A stretch of DNA of 64,000 nt from NCBI GenBank assembly GCA_964188305.1, contig OZ076901.1; one strand, given 5' to 3'. A program made the position numbers and the translations under genes. Of this stretch, positions 41,901 through 54,994 are shown one piece after another. Position 1 is the stretch's first letter. Every line of letters starts with the position of its first letter. The stretch is from Podarcis bocagei. Lineage: Eukaryota. The notes beneath the pieces are model-generated. The model ran no database searches and was not told the DNA's origin. It saw nothing but the letters and a program-made list of their open reading frames with translations.

Positions 41901-42251
41901 AATAATGGGCAAAAAAGGTGATTTTTCTCCACAGGCTTACACTTTAAAGTTCATATGTTGTTGATTTATTTCATATGTTTATATACCGCCTTTCTCCGAT
42001 TCAAGGCGGCTTACGGCATTTAAAAACATCATTATAAAATACAAAGGATTATTCTGTGATTCTGAGTCCTTGAATAGGGCTTCTGTGTATTTCACAAAGC
42101 AGAGAACATGTGCGGTGCTTAAAGGTGCCTGTCATATTATTTACGTAAGCCAAGCCATCAGTGGTGGCTGGTCTCATTGGGACTGAGAGGGCAGAAGGCA
42201 GGGAGCCCACCAGTAGGTGGTGCTAGAGCCAATGACAGGCCGAGCCAACTA

Positions 42252-42479
42252 CAGTGGGACCTCGGGTTGCGGATGTAGTCTGGGACAGAGGCACATCCGC
42301 AACCCGCAGCGTTTGTAACCTGCAGCGCTGCGTCTGACGCAGCGTGACGCAATTTAGCGCTTCTGCACATGCATGAGCGGCGAAACCCAGAAGTAACCCT
42401 TTCCAGTACTTCCAGGTTTCCCGCGATCCGCAACCTGAAGACACGTAACCTGAAGCATTTGTAACCTGAGGTACCACTG
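42252..42479. mobile_element. Tc1/mariner (Tigger/pogo-like) MITE, different subfamily
   Basis: TA|CAGTGGGACCTCGGGTTG...TAACCTGAGGTACCACTG|TA; CpG-rich interior differs from the other copies. Confidence 0.85.
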
Positions 42480-44242
42480 TAATTCTAGTTTTGCCCCCAT
42501 CTACCTCCTCCCTGCTGAATTCTACAAGGGCAACCCAGGAGGAAGCTGACAGGCAGGGTCACCCCTTGGACTGGTTGTAAGTCAGGAGATAGTGAGGGGC
42601 TAGCTAAGGACAGGCTGAGCGTGGTGGGGCAGTGCCGCACTTACCCCACTCCCCACTGCAAGCCATGCCACGCATTTGTTCCTGATCCTAGATTCTGTGA
42701 CCCTGAGAAGACCCCATTCATACAGTCCTCCTAGGGGAACTCTTCCCATTTCAGCTCACATTATTACTTTCGCACTGCTTACCTATGAGTTTATAAGACT
42801 AGTGTACAAAATAGAAAATAGATTGTAGCATAACAGAGAATAAAAACTGAATTGGTGTGAATCAGCTACTGGGGTGCAAGCAGAGGCGTCTCTTCCATTA
42901 GGCAAGAGATGGGCAACTGATGGGTGCCGTCAAGAGCAGCAGGAAAAAAAGACCGCATAGAACTGGCCCTGATGGGATTCACTTGCAGCTCCCATTCATT
43001 TTAATAAGGCTATTGTGGGAGAACTTTATTCTTTATGGTTCTCTGTATCATGGGGGGGGGGGAGAGATGAATGCCAGTTGGATTTTTCCACCATGGATGC
43101 CAAAATACCTTGGGGTAACATAAGTTGCTGCCACTTACCACCCAAACTCTAGTAACAGTCCCTAGTGCCCTGGAGACATAAGGGACAGGAGCCTAAAGTA
43201 TTCTGCCTTAGGCACCCTCCTCATATCCACGTACAGCTTAAGTGCAGGAAGCGTGTTCCTGTATCACCGAAAAGGAATACCATGGTACGTTTTTTAATCA
43301 AGGGTGATGGCACAAAAACAGCTTTCAAAATTTTAGGATTTTTCTGCCTCTAGTTTTCTAAAAAGAGAGAATTCATGCTTAAGGAAAAATTAGAATGATA
43401 TTTTGTCATAATGCCAACTTGGAGAGTGACCAAGATATTTCAAGTGCTCCCTCCCCCTCCTTATGTCCGTTTCCTATTCCAGCCTGCAATACTGTGCTAT
43501 ATTCAGAATAATATTTTGCTTTTGAAATCTAGCAGGTTTTTCCTTTTTTTTCAAGAAATGTGAGAAAGAACATGCCAATTTGTGCTTTTTAATAACTCTT
43601 TGCATTGCTGGTGGGTTGAAAAGAACCACATGTTTTTAAATAGGTCACAGAAATATTGTTATAAATCCTTGTTGCAAGATTACAGTGCTAGAAAACTTTG
43701 CCAAATTATCTCGAGATTCAGAGGAGTTTGAGAGGGCGAAGCACAATGGTGAGACACATGCTTCACGTGCAGAAAGTTTCAGATTCATTCCTTGGCACCA
43801 TAAGTTAAGAGGATCTCGGGTGGGAGGTGATAGGGAAGCCTTTTCCCCACCAGATGTAGGAGACAGTGCCTGGCTAGATAGCACGGATCAGTATATTTCT
43901 TAGATGTGCGCCCTACCTCTTGACCAGAGTCCCTAAAGCGGCTCACAACACATCCATACATTACATTGCACCATTTTTTAAAAACCCAGATTGCGCAGGG
44001 AAAGATAGAATTCAAGGGAAGAGCGAAGACAATATTAAAAAGCAGAATTGTAAAATTCTCAACTGGGGGCGGAGGGCGGCAGTTTGAACCTGCGAAGAAA
44101 ATACTGCATTTTGCATATGCATAGGAGTACCAGATGTGACTGCAGCTCCTTGTTATATTTATTATGTTCCTCTAGTTCTCTCAAAGTGCTTCGCTGACAA
44201 CAGATTTTGAATGGAAATGCTGATCCCCAAAAAGCTGCTTAA

Positions 44243-44392
<150 letters not shown>

Positions 44393-44970
44393 TGACCCTG
44401 AACCTCAGGATACCCTGGAAACTATTGGCAAGAGACTTAAGAGTGTGCAAAAAACTTTAACCTGCCTGTTGTGTGCCACTAAAGGGTTAAGAAAAAACGT
44501 TGCAGTGTCAGGGACTTTTTAGTTTAGAGCAAAGGTGAGTAAGGGATGACTTGATGGAAGCGTCTAAAACTGAATGGCATGCAAAAAGTGGATGGAGATA
44601 ATGAAGTGGAATGTTGGAAGTTTCAGGAAACTTCAACAGTTAAACTGGTTTGTGTGCGGGTTTAGTTATGCACAGAAAGTTAATTGAAATATAATAATGA
44701 AATATATTTTTCATATTCCCACATTAATATTCAGTGGATTTTATTCTGCATTCTTCTCAGTTTGGTCACAGAGAAAATGTGTGTGAGAGAGAAAGGGCGA
44801 TTCCTACATCTCATGGAAAGCAGAATGCAGAGATGAGTGTTTGAAGAAGCCTAGGAACACAGTGGTTTCATTCAAACATCACACTACAACTTAGCACAAA
44901 TTTGCAGGCTCCTGGAGATGAGTTGGTGTCTGCTTTGCTCTTCCCCAGTCATTCTGTTGCACTGATCTAA

Positions 44971-45128
44971 AGCCATGGTTTGCCATAATGTCATCCAAAC
45001 CTGGGCTCATGGTTTAGACTCTCTAGACTTCCCATGAGCTGTAACCAAGGTTTAGGGCTTGTGGCTTGTCTAGAAGAGCTAAACCATGAGCCCAAGTTCA
45101 GATAAGATGCTTAAGCCAAACACAGCTT
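44971..45128. repeat. Imperfect inverted repeat (degenerate palindromic MITE)
   Basis: AAACCTGGGCTCATGGTTTAGACTCTCTAGAC pairs with GTCTAGAAGAGCTAAACCATGAGCCCAAGTTC. Confidence 0.7.
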
Positions 45129-46035
45129 GGCTCAGTGCAACAAAGCAGTAGAAGAATTAGGGAGGAGGGAAGCAAACTCCTTTCTGCGAGTCCACACTCG
45201 TGGCAAAGCCGTAATTTTGCATGGTGTGACATGCAAACTAGGCCAATGAAGTGAAGCAGGACAGAAAATATCCAAGGCATGGGTGCAGTGGGTAGGAGAG
45301 ATGCAGAGGAAAAAGCAAACCTCAACTCCATTGCAGGGGCAGGTTGCTGAGTGCTCTGTCTTCTTGGTCACAAATTATCACAGCTTTGCTGTCTTCATGG
45401 TTCCCTCAAGTGTGTGCTGCACTATATGAGCGGCCCAGTAGTTCAGAATGAGAACCATGTCTTATTCTTTTGATATTGCGTGTGATGTTGGTGACATCAC
45501 AATCGGTGTCCAGGCGCAAGTCTGATGTCTGTACGACAATAGCAATAGCAAATTGTTTGAAAGTCAAGGAATGCGTTACTCTTTATTCTCTAATATAGAG
45601 AACTGGAATGATTAAAACATTGATAAGTAAGATGTTCATATAATCATAGACAACAGAGTGTTGAAAAGTCAAGGACTATTGACCATTCACCAGTAATTCT
45701 TGGTATTTTGTGGGGCATGAAAAAGCTAAGGGAAATCTCATGCATACTGGTAGACCTCAGGGTTCCAATCAAGTAATTTTGGGAACGAGACACCTCTCTC
45801 CTTTATTTCCATCAGTTTCTAGTAAAGGGCTTGCGCAGAGGTTGGCTTGCAAATTTCAGAAACAACCCTTCTGAGACAAACATTGGAGATTAACCAGTAA
45901 ATGACTTTTTCTCTGGGCCTGCCTCTCTGGTTTGCACCACGGGGTGGGGCAGCAAGAATTTGATTCCAATGTGTTGGCAAAATCAGTTACGTGGGCCACA
46001 ACATCTCACCATGCCTTCTTTGTTTATCCCCATAG

Positions 46036-46865
46036 CTGAGCCGGCTCAGCCACCTTCCACCTCGAGCACTGGTGGATCCGACGATGCCATCCGCTCCATT
46101 CTGCAGCAAGCCCGGCGAGAGATGGAAGCACAGCAGGCCGCCCTCGAACCTGCCTTAAAAGCAACCCCTCTGTCCCAAGCTGAGATCTCCATCTTGTCCC
46201 CAAAACTTGTCCCCACGCCCGCCATTTCTTCGGTCGCCAGTTATTCCCCCCTGGCCATGTCCTTGAAGAAGCACTCATCATCTGTGGATTCCAGCATCTC
46301 CTCCCTGCAGACTCTCTCTGGTCTGAAGAAGGAGGCCCAAGAGGCCCCCATCCTGGACCTCCACGGGATGTCTGATTCAACGCAAGGGGTGCTGAGGCAC
46401 GTTAAAAATGAACTGGGGCGCAGCGGGGTGTGGAAGGACCACTGGTGGAACACTGTGCAGCCTGACAGAAGGAATGCCGCCCCTCCAGATGACCCCAAAG
46501 TGGAGGAAACCACCAGCGGTAAGGAGAAGGCCAGCAGCCAAACTCGGTCGGACCGTAACCAGCAGCTTCAAGGGCCTTCCTCTTCGGACTACTGGAAAGA
46601 GTGGCCCAACGCGGAGTCACCCTATTCCCAGAGCTCTGAACTGAGTGTGACAGGGGCGAGCCGCAGTGAGACGCCGCAGAACAGCCCCCTCCCTTCCTCC
46701 CCCATTGTCTCTTTAGCAAAGCCATCTAAACCTTCCGTTCCTCCATTGACCCCCGAGCAGTATGAGATTTATATGTACCAGGAAGTGGATACAATAGAGC
46801 TAACCCGTCAGGTCAAAGAGAAGCTAGCGAAGAACGGCATCTGCCAAAGGATATTTGGGGAAAAG
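46036..46865 (+). CDS. CUX1: CUX1 exon 18 (linker and start of CUT repeat 2)
   Basis: tttatccccatAG acceptor; encodes (A)EPAQPPS...[16 protein letters not shown]...WKDHWW...[28 protein letters not shown]; donor GTAAGC; 830 nt. Confidence 0.97.
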
Positions 46866-47745
46866 GTAAGCGCTTAGCTGGAGCTAGTTTGTTGGTTTGT
46901 GTGCCTTGTGATGGTGACTTTATGACCGTCAGGGACGTTATCTGCAGAAGGGGAGAATGGCAAATTTATCTGATTTATTAATTTGCATATTTCATTCATC
47001 TTCTTGTAAGAACCTATATTTTTCAAAGAATTGGGCTTTGAAGGAAAACCAGAAAGAGGGAGACTCTCCACCAAGAGGCTTATTGGGAGTAAGAGCCACA
47101 GAATTGTGGAGGTGGAGATGGTAGAGGAATGATGCCAAACATCTATTCCCTGCTTGCTGAGTGGCAGAAAACTGCTCGGTGTCTTCCAGCACAAGGGTGT
47201 TGTGTGAGTCCCCCGGGTCATCTTCTTTGGCGATCACTCGTAACCGAGTAGGATTGTCTTCCATAAACACAGTTTTAACAATGAGTCCGTAAGTGACTGT
47301 GGAGGCCAATTCTGGATCTTCACGTCCTTCCACAGTGGGGACATTGGTTTCCAGGCAGGAGTTGATCACAGTGTGGATTTGCCAAGCATGCCTTCCTCTT
47401 AGCACATTTCTCCCTTTTGTCCTGATTTTGAGTGTCTTCAAAGCCCAGGACACTTTGTATCTGTTGGATAGCACATGGAACATGGGCAGTAAACACCCAG
47501 CTGCATTTTCCACTTGTCTTCCTTCCGTGTAGTCCCTTTGCTTCAATTCTCCCCCCCTTGCTAGCTCAGAAGGGCAAACAACAGGTAACCAGAGATGCGG
47601 CTGAAGGCATTCATAACAATAAGAATGGTTAAAAGTGCTGTTGTGGCACCCTGCACTCTTCCTGCCAGCAGGTTGAAGAAGGCAGAGTGTGGCACCATCT
47701 CTCCTCTAGCAGGTGTCTCTCTTGAGGAATAAGAGCTGCATGTAG

Positions 47746-47997
<252 letters not shown>

Positions 47998-50831
47998 TAG
48001 ATAGTTGGACTCTTTTGGTGTGTTTTTTTAATGCCATACAAAGGCTTGGCTTTCACAGTGTTTCCTTTGGTTTTGTACCCTTCCATTTAGACTGTAGTGC
48101 TAAATCTTTTTCAGCTGGAGGGCTGCATTCCTTTCTAGAGACTGTTTCAAGGTGGGAGGGGGCGAGCACGTGCAGGATGGGACCAAAGTCACAAACACAA
48201 CCCATTCACACTCAAACATCTCTTTCTCTCTCTCTTACACACACACACATGCATAAAGCATCAGTGGTTGTTGTCTTTACCCTTCAGAGAATAGGTAACT
48301 GGGTTCCTCCAGAGCTGCCACTCACTGGTGTTGAGAAGGCAGCTGCTGTTTTGGTGTGTTTTCCGGCTCCTGGGCAGTGTCTGAAAGGGGAAATGCCCTG
48401 CAGTAGGGGGGGGAAACGCAGCCTGATGTGTGTACAACCCTGTGGCCATGACCACAAACGCACTTTCAGCAGAATCACCCCCTCCCTTACTGGTTTTGCA
48501 TAAGATGACAGAGTGGACTGCAGCTGCCATCTTTCCCTTATCTTTGGGCCTGATAAGCTCCCCAGTGGGTGAGTGGTTGCCCTACCTTTGGAAACCACAT
48601 TAAGGCAAGAGGCATCCCACCAAAAAAAGCCCCATAAGTTGGGCTTCCCTAAGGAAGAGCTAAGCAATTCCAGGAAAAGGTAAAGCTGCACTCTCTTTCA
48701 ATGCACTCATGCCTGCAACCTGTATGCCTCCGTAAATGTGCTGGACGGAGGGTACCTGCATCCCTTGGTGGTGTTTCTCAATGCTGGGGCTTCAGGAACT
48801 CAAGTTGCACCTGTTTTTCCGCCTCCCTTTCCTTCAGCATCCTTGCCTCAAGACAGAGGGCACAAGTTAGCCTTGCAAAGTGGTCCACTTAACTGTGGAC
48901 TTATGTGGGAGGCTTGAGCTATTCCTTTCTTTGCTTAGAGTCCTTCCTTTTACAGTTAAAGGGCATCGGGGACTAGAAGTGAGTTGGTCCACCCATCCTC
49001 CACCATCCTATTCAGAATGATTCCACGTGAATCCGATTAACTTGGAGGACATTTGCCAAGTGTTGGAAAGTAATTTGAATTTAATTTGGATCCATTCTGA
49101 ATCAGCAAAGCCACTAATCCTCCATCTAACCCCCTGACCCCAGACATCTCTAAGAGTCTGATGGGGCTATCATACAGCCTGCACTTTCCCTACCCTTGAC
49201 TTGCAAAAATGGGGGTGGGGGGCTAGAAGTAGCTGCTTTAATAGGGCCAGGAATATTTGCAGCAACACATGGAAGCATGGAAACTGCATGCTGTGTGGTC
49301 CTGGGGCTTATCACAGTGCTTCCCAGGAGCTCTCTCAGTCATCCCACCAGCCTTGGGAAGTTTGCATATAAAACCATCTACTTCAGATCAGCCCAAACTC
49401 TGGAGGGCTCTTGGATCCTATTTCAAATGGATCTAGAATGCAGATGCAAGAAATCCAATACCTAGCGCCTCAATTTTAAGATTCCACCCCATCAGCAAGC
49501 AGACTCAGTGCCTAAACTAATTAAGGTAATTTTCAGGCTTTGCTTCTATGCAGAGAGAATATTAAATGCCTTTCAAGGGGGAAATTTTAACAAAACTGGT
49601 GCATTTGGGCAGGATTTCATTGGATAGTTTTTCTTTGTGGTCGAAAGCACCAAGTGGGTGTGGAAGAAAGGCACAATTTCATTAGGATGAGACTTTAAAG
49701 GGCTTGGCAATGGCCTGCTAGAGAGGGCATTCCTAAATTATCTGAAAGAAACTTAAATATGATGCAGAGACTGTTGACCATCACAAGGGAAGGTCCCGTG
49801 GTTTCTGGCATTCGCATGTTGGGTGAACAGCTGAAATCATAGAGGATGTTGACAAAGGGCTACTTGATAACTGTCCAGTTAATCTCTGGATTTTTCACAC
49901 TTACTAGATTTTACAGAATTGTCCACTTCCTCTTGTGATTGTCAACACTGCATTTGGACACTTCTTGTAATATAAATGTTGAACCACACAAGCAGAAGTA
50001 AAACTGGCTGCTTATGAGGCACTTAACTGTGTGGAACCAGCCTCAATTGAGCAGCAGGAATCCTTTATTTGCCTCTTCTGTATTCATGGTAGGGGTGAGC
50101 GAGAAAGCCCTTCTTGTTCCATCAACCAGGCTTGCCTTGCGCACCCTGGAGCATCCATGCACAGGTATCACATTTTAATAGGGTGCATACCTAAATCACA
50201 CAGTCTATTCCTCAGTCAGGGGTGGGGAAATGAATCAATCACACCATTTGGGCCTATAGGCATTGGATTTTACATATGTTGTGCCCTTTGCAAATGTAGT
50301 ATTTGGGAGTGTTGCTCCATAGGCAAGTTCTTGCTCCTCTGCCATATGTAGAGAGCAGATAACTGTGGGTATCCTCTGTACCTGCCCTAGAGTCTCCTCC
50401 AAACCATCCCCTGGATCAGAGATGGGGAGCCTGTGGCTCTCTAGATACTGCTTACTACAAAATCTCAACATCCCAGACTGCTGGTTATGTTGGCTGGGGC
50501 TGAGGAGAGTGCAACAACATCTGGAGAGTTGCAGGTTCTCCACATCTGATCTAGGTTTAAAGTAGGGGTGTCTAACTCCAGGCCCTCCAAAAGTTCCTGG
50601 AGTCCAGCTTCAGCCCCAGGCAGCATGGCCAGTGATCAGGAATGATGGCAGTTGCAGTTCAGCAACAGGTTCCACTTTCCTGGTATAAAGGAATGGGAAT
50701 TGAGCTGGTTTGATATTGTGCTGCTTTTCTCTGTTAGTCCTGGGCCATTTAATGACCCTCATTTTGCTGGCAAGTTGTAGGCTATGTTCCTCTCCTATCT
50801 CTTCCTGATAGTCCTCCTTTTCTTTCTCCAG

Positions 50832-50888
50832 TTCTTCACTCTGTGTCATCACTGCAAGATTCCCTTCAGCAGGGATGTGCAAGCTCAG
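50832..50888 (+). CDS. CUX1: CUX1 exon 20
   Basis: tctttctccAG acceptor; encodes (V)LHSVSSLQDSLQQGCASS; donor GTAATC; 57 nt. Confidence 0.93.
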
Positions 50889-51728
50889 GTAATCAGCTGC
50901 TTTCTTACAAAATCTTTTGCTTGGTTGCGTTGTGTTTTGGCTTCTTCATGGGGCGTGGGGGAGCAACCTTTGTTCCATTCCCTTCTGTTGTATTGGAGTT
51001 GCACCTTCCATTTCCTGGATTTTTTACCCTGCAAAAAGTTAAAAGGTTTAATTCCTCATTTTCCCCCAGTTACTCTGTCTTTGGTTTTTGTTTTGTTTTG
51101 TTTTTACTTGTTAAAGTGCATAGCCTTCCTTTTGATTCAGGAATTTCATTATGTTTAAAATCCACAGTGCAGCAACTAAAATCTAACTAATTGAGCAGCA
51201 TCAGACAAATGACAAACACAGCTTAACACACACACACATGCACACCCCACTTTTAGCCTAGAGGTCAAAAAGGAGGGAGACAAACCTTTCTAATAAGGGA
51301 GTTTCAAAGCTTGGGTGCCACCATCGAGAATGCCTCGTCCCAAGTAATCTTCTACTGAGTTTCTGGAATTAATAGCTCCATGTGTGTTGTCCTTTGGGTA
51401 GCAGAGGTGTTCAATGGATTGTGTTCATTCGGCTTGGGGTGCGGTGGGGGAATTCCTTGGTTTTGTACTAGATGACAATTCAAATTAGAAAGAGAGTCCT
51501 ATGACTCACATTAAGTGCTACAGGATCATAGCAGTTGAGGGTGATGGATAAGCCAATACATCTCTTGTTCAGATTTTGCCTCTGCGATGAACTTCATAGG
51601 TAGCCTTTGTTAAACTACTCTCTCTCCCATTGGCTGTCTCTGTCCTTCCTCTATGTGAAGTATAGGGGTAGTTTGCCTTAATGGTCACTATCAGTGGTCT
51701 TTCCCTGCTACTTCTGGTGGCCTGTGAC

Positions 51729-52090
51729 CAGGGGCGGAGGAAGGAGGGTGTGGTGGGTATGGTCCACCCTGGGTGTCACCACTGGGGGGGTGACAAAATG
51801 CCAGGTGGCACTCATCACAGGGCCTGCAGCACACCCAAGCCACACATCTCTCCTGGGAGTGACGCGGTGGCTTGGGTGCCTGCAGGCGCCGCGCTGCCCC
51901 AAACGGTCTGCCTGCTGCCTCCCCCCAGCTGTAGGGCAGCTGAGTGGGAGGAGGCACGCAGACTCCTCGGAGGCCCCACAAAACATCCTGCCCCGGCCCA
52001 GCCCGGCCCACCCCATGGGCGGCTGGCCCTGCCCCTGGGCTCAGGGCACGTGTGCTGCCCCAGGCGCCCAGTTGACTTGCTCTGCCGCTG
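51729..52090. mobile_element. GC-rich hAT non-autonomous element
   Basis: TIRs CAGGGGCGGAGGAAG / CTTGCTCTGCCGCTG (12 of 15 match) and perfect 8-bp TSD CCTGTGAC at 51721-51728 and 52091-52098. Confidence 0.85.
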
Positions 52091-54137
52091 CCTGTGACAC
52101 CCCAGTGTCAACCACCATGTTTTATTAGAAGACTGTGCACTTGTGAATTCTGTTTTAAGGCAACTTCACTGTACAGACTCTTCCCTGGAGTCGATCCACA
52201 GAAAGGTGTGCTAGAAGTGACTGGCTAGTCAGTTTGACGGTGCTGCTTTGTAAGAGAGTTTTTATATAGTTCATTCACAAGGCATCTTCTTTTCCCATAT
52301 ACTGGTTCTAACGTTATAAAGACTTGAAGACACAAGCAGGAAAGCAGAGCTGAACTCAGTGTGCTCATCTTCATGGTGTGTGTATCACCCTGGGTCTGCC
52401 CGTCTCCATTCTAAAATGGAACTCTTAATTTGTTAATACAGTCCAGGGTAATCCTGGGGGACTTTCAGATTTCTCGTTTTATTTGTCTTTCTTTTTGAGT
52501 CCCATTCATCATTCCAGGCTTCATGCTGCTCAGGCAATTGTGGTTGTTATGGGGTGCAGTAAGAGGTGGGGTTTTTTCTAAAGTGAAAATCCTGAGATAA
52601 TTTGTATTGTGACATGCACAAATCCATTTTGGTGAAACTTCTGGCAGTGATACTTCTTTCTAACATCACAGGGAGGTGTGGCAGGCGAAAGAGCCGCTGG
52701 CTACCAGTGGCTGGGCTGTTCAAACCCTGGAAAGGGGAAAGGCAGGGTAAAAAGATGTAGGAACATGAGAAAGCTTGGAACCTTGTTGGACTCCAATTCC
52801 GTCAGCCCCAGCCAGCATGGTCAGGGATGATGGGAGTTGTAATCCACAGGTTTCCCTGCCTCTGCAGTATGCCAAGGAAGATGTGGAGATTAGGGAAGCA
52901 TGTTGGGGCTTAGAAGAGGGAGTGATACAGCAGGAGTGGGCAGCAGAATGGAGAGGGGAAGGGAAGCTGGGTGAAGCTCTGGGCAGAGAGAAGAAGGAGC
53001 ACATGGCCAGGAGCTCAAAAGATGAAAAACCTCATAATTGATTTGAAGTAACCGGTCAAATTATTGACTGCAAGCCTGTAGCTGCTTATATGGCACTTTA
53101 AAGCCACAAATCTTATAAAGAGACACTCTTCTTCCAAAGAAAACATTTCCTTGGGAAACTCTGGTTCTGCATCTGCAAAATGTGAATTGTGGCGTCCTAT
53201 TCTCACTGCCATGCTCTTTGGGGAACAAATGAAGCTGATTAAAACAAAAAAACAAAAAAACTGTTGCATGTGAAAAGTGCAATCTGGAGGATAATTTAAA
53301 TTGGCATTTGCTCTAAGGCTCCTTAGGAAGGAAGTAAATGTTGAAGCAGAGTTCCTACTTGAAGGCAGCATTTTGGAGAGGGTTTTGTGCAACTTGAGTT
53401 AAATGAATTATATGTGTGAGGACATTGAACTAGGTTCCACTTACAGTTTTCCATTAATAATTGGGCTGCCTTGAAACTTAACCTGGCAATTCTAAGATGG
53501 GAATATAAATTCTGGGGACTGGTATAAAGGGTCTGCAAGATTAAATTTTATACCATTCTGCGAGGGGACAGTTTGATTTTGTTACCCATCCCAAAACATT
53601 GGGATTGGGTGGAGCATAGATCTGTGGTTGTTTCTAATGATTTATAGCAAAGGTGGGCAGACCTCTCCCTTGTAGGATCTACTTGGTTTGTATTCGAACC
53701 CCAAGATCTACCAACCAGAGCCAGGTGTAAAATACGTTTAGTTAGAGAGCAGAGTGCCTCTGAACACATTTAGAACCTTAGGTGTTGGTTTACAGTAGCA
53801 GAAATCAACTGAGTTCACAGTCCTTTTGCACAGAAATCTGCTTCTTTTTAGCTTTCTTCATTTCAGCAATGTATCTGAGGTGGAAAAAAGTAAAGGGAGG
53901 GTGGTGTTGTTGCTGTTGTTAAACAGTTGGGAGTCAGAAACTCTTGCCAATCTGCCGCCAATGACCTAGAGAATTTCCTGTTGGTCCTAATCTACCTTCT
54001 GCATGCCCCTGCCTTATAGGCACAGTACTCAGAAATCTAGCTGCTTTGCTTCCCACCCCCTTTACCTTGGGCCTGTCCTTAAAGGTTCTTTCATCTGTTG
54101 TCTTTCAGTGCTTAATAGTTTTTGGATGGTCAGCATA

Positions 54138-54643
54138 CAGGGTGGCCCAAAAGTAGGAATAAAGGTAAAGGGACCCCTGACCATTAGGTCTAGTTGTGGC
54201 CGACTCTGGGGTTGCAGCGCTCATCTCGCTTTACTGGCCGAGGGAGCCAGCGTACAGCTTCCGGGTCATGTGGCCAGCATGACTAAGCCGCTCCTGGCGA
54301 ACCACTGCAGCGCACGGAAACGCCGTTTACCTTCCCGCCGGAGTGGTACCTATTTATCTACTTGCACTTTGACGTGCTTTCGAACTGCTAGGTTGGCAGG
54401 AGCAGGTACCGAGCAATGGGAGCTCACTCCATTGCAGGGATTCGAACCGCCAACCTTCTGATCGGCAAGTCCTAGGCTTCTGTGGTTTAACCCACAGCGC
54501 CACCCACGTCCCTAAAAGTAGGAATACTTTTAATTAATAAATAAAAGGATTGTTTTTCTTTACTGATTTTGTGAATGATGAGATCTTGAGTCAAGAACAA
54601 AGAAAGTGGATTCTAAAGCAGTATGCCTACTTTTGCCACCCTG
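54138..54643. mobile_element. Tc1/mariner-like MITE interrupted by a Sauria SINE
   Basis: TA|CAGGGTGGCCCAAAAGTAGGAATAC left end (split by the SINE) and GTATGCCTACTTTTG--CCACCCTG right end. Confidence 0.7.
54162..54513 (-). mobile_element. Sauria SINE, full length
   Basis: Reverse-strand copy with AAAGGTAAAGG tail and GGATTCGAACC B box; perfect 13-bp TSD AAAAGTAGGAATA at 54149-54161 and 54514-54526. Confidence 0.92.
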
Positions 54644-54743
54644 CTAATTGTCTTTACTGCTAATTATCTTTACTTAGAGAATGTATACTGCTGTCTTCCT
54701 CTCCCCCCCTTAGAGGAGCTGATACAATGGTCAGGTAAATAAT

Positions 54744-54994
54744 AAAGCACACCAGTGCAAGTAGATAAATAGGTACTGCAAGCAGTGGGAAGGTAAACGA
54801 CATTTCCGTGCGCTCTGGTTTCCGTCACAGTGTCCCGTTGTGCCAGAAGCGGTTTAGTCATGCTGGCAACATGACCTGGAAAAGCTGTCTGCGGACAAAC
54901 GCCAGCTCCCTCAGCCTGAAAGCAAGATGAGCACCACAGCCCCATAGTCGCCTTAGACTGGACTTAACCGTCCTGGGGTCCTTTACCTTTACCT
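54744..54994 (+). mobile_element. Sauria SINE, 5'-truncated
   Basis: GTGCAAGTAGATAAATAGGTAC core through GGGGTCCTTTACCTTTACCT tail. Confidence 0.88.

Noticed and set aside
46992-47546. 184-aa minus-strand ORF in intron 18
   Set aside because: No recognisable homology; length is within chance for six frames of 64 kb.
54003-54461. 152-aa ORF and the similar 63245-63562 ORF
   Set aside because: Translations of Sauria SINE sequence, a common source of false proteins.
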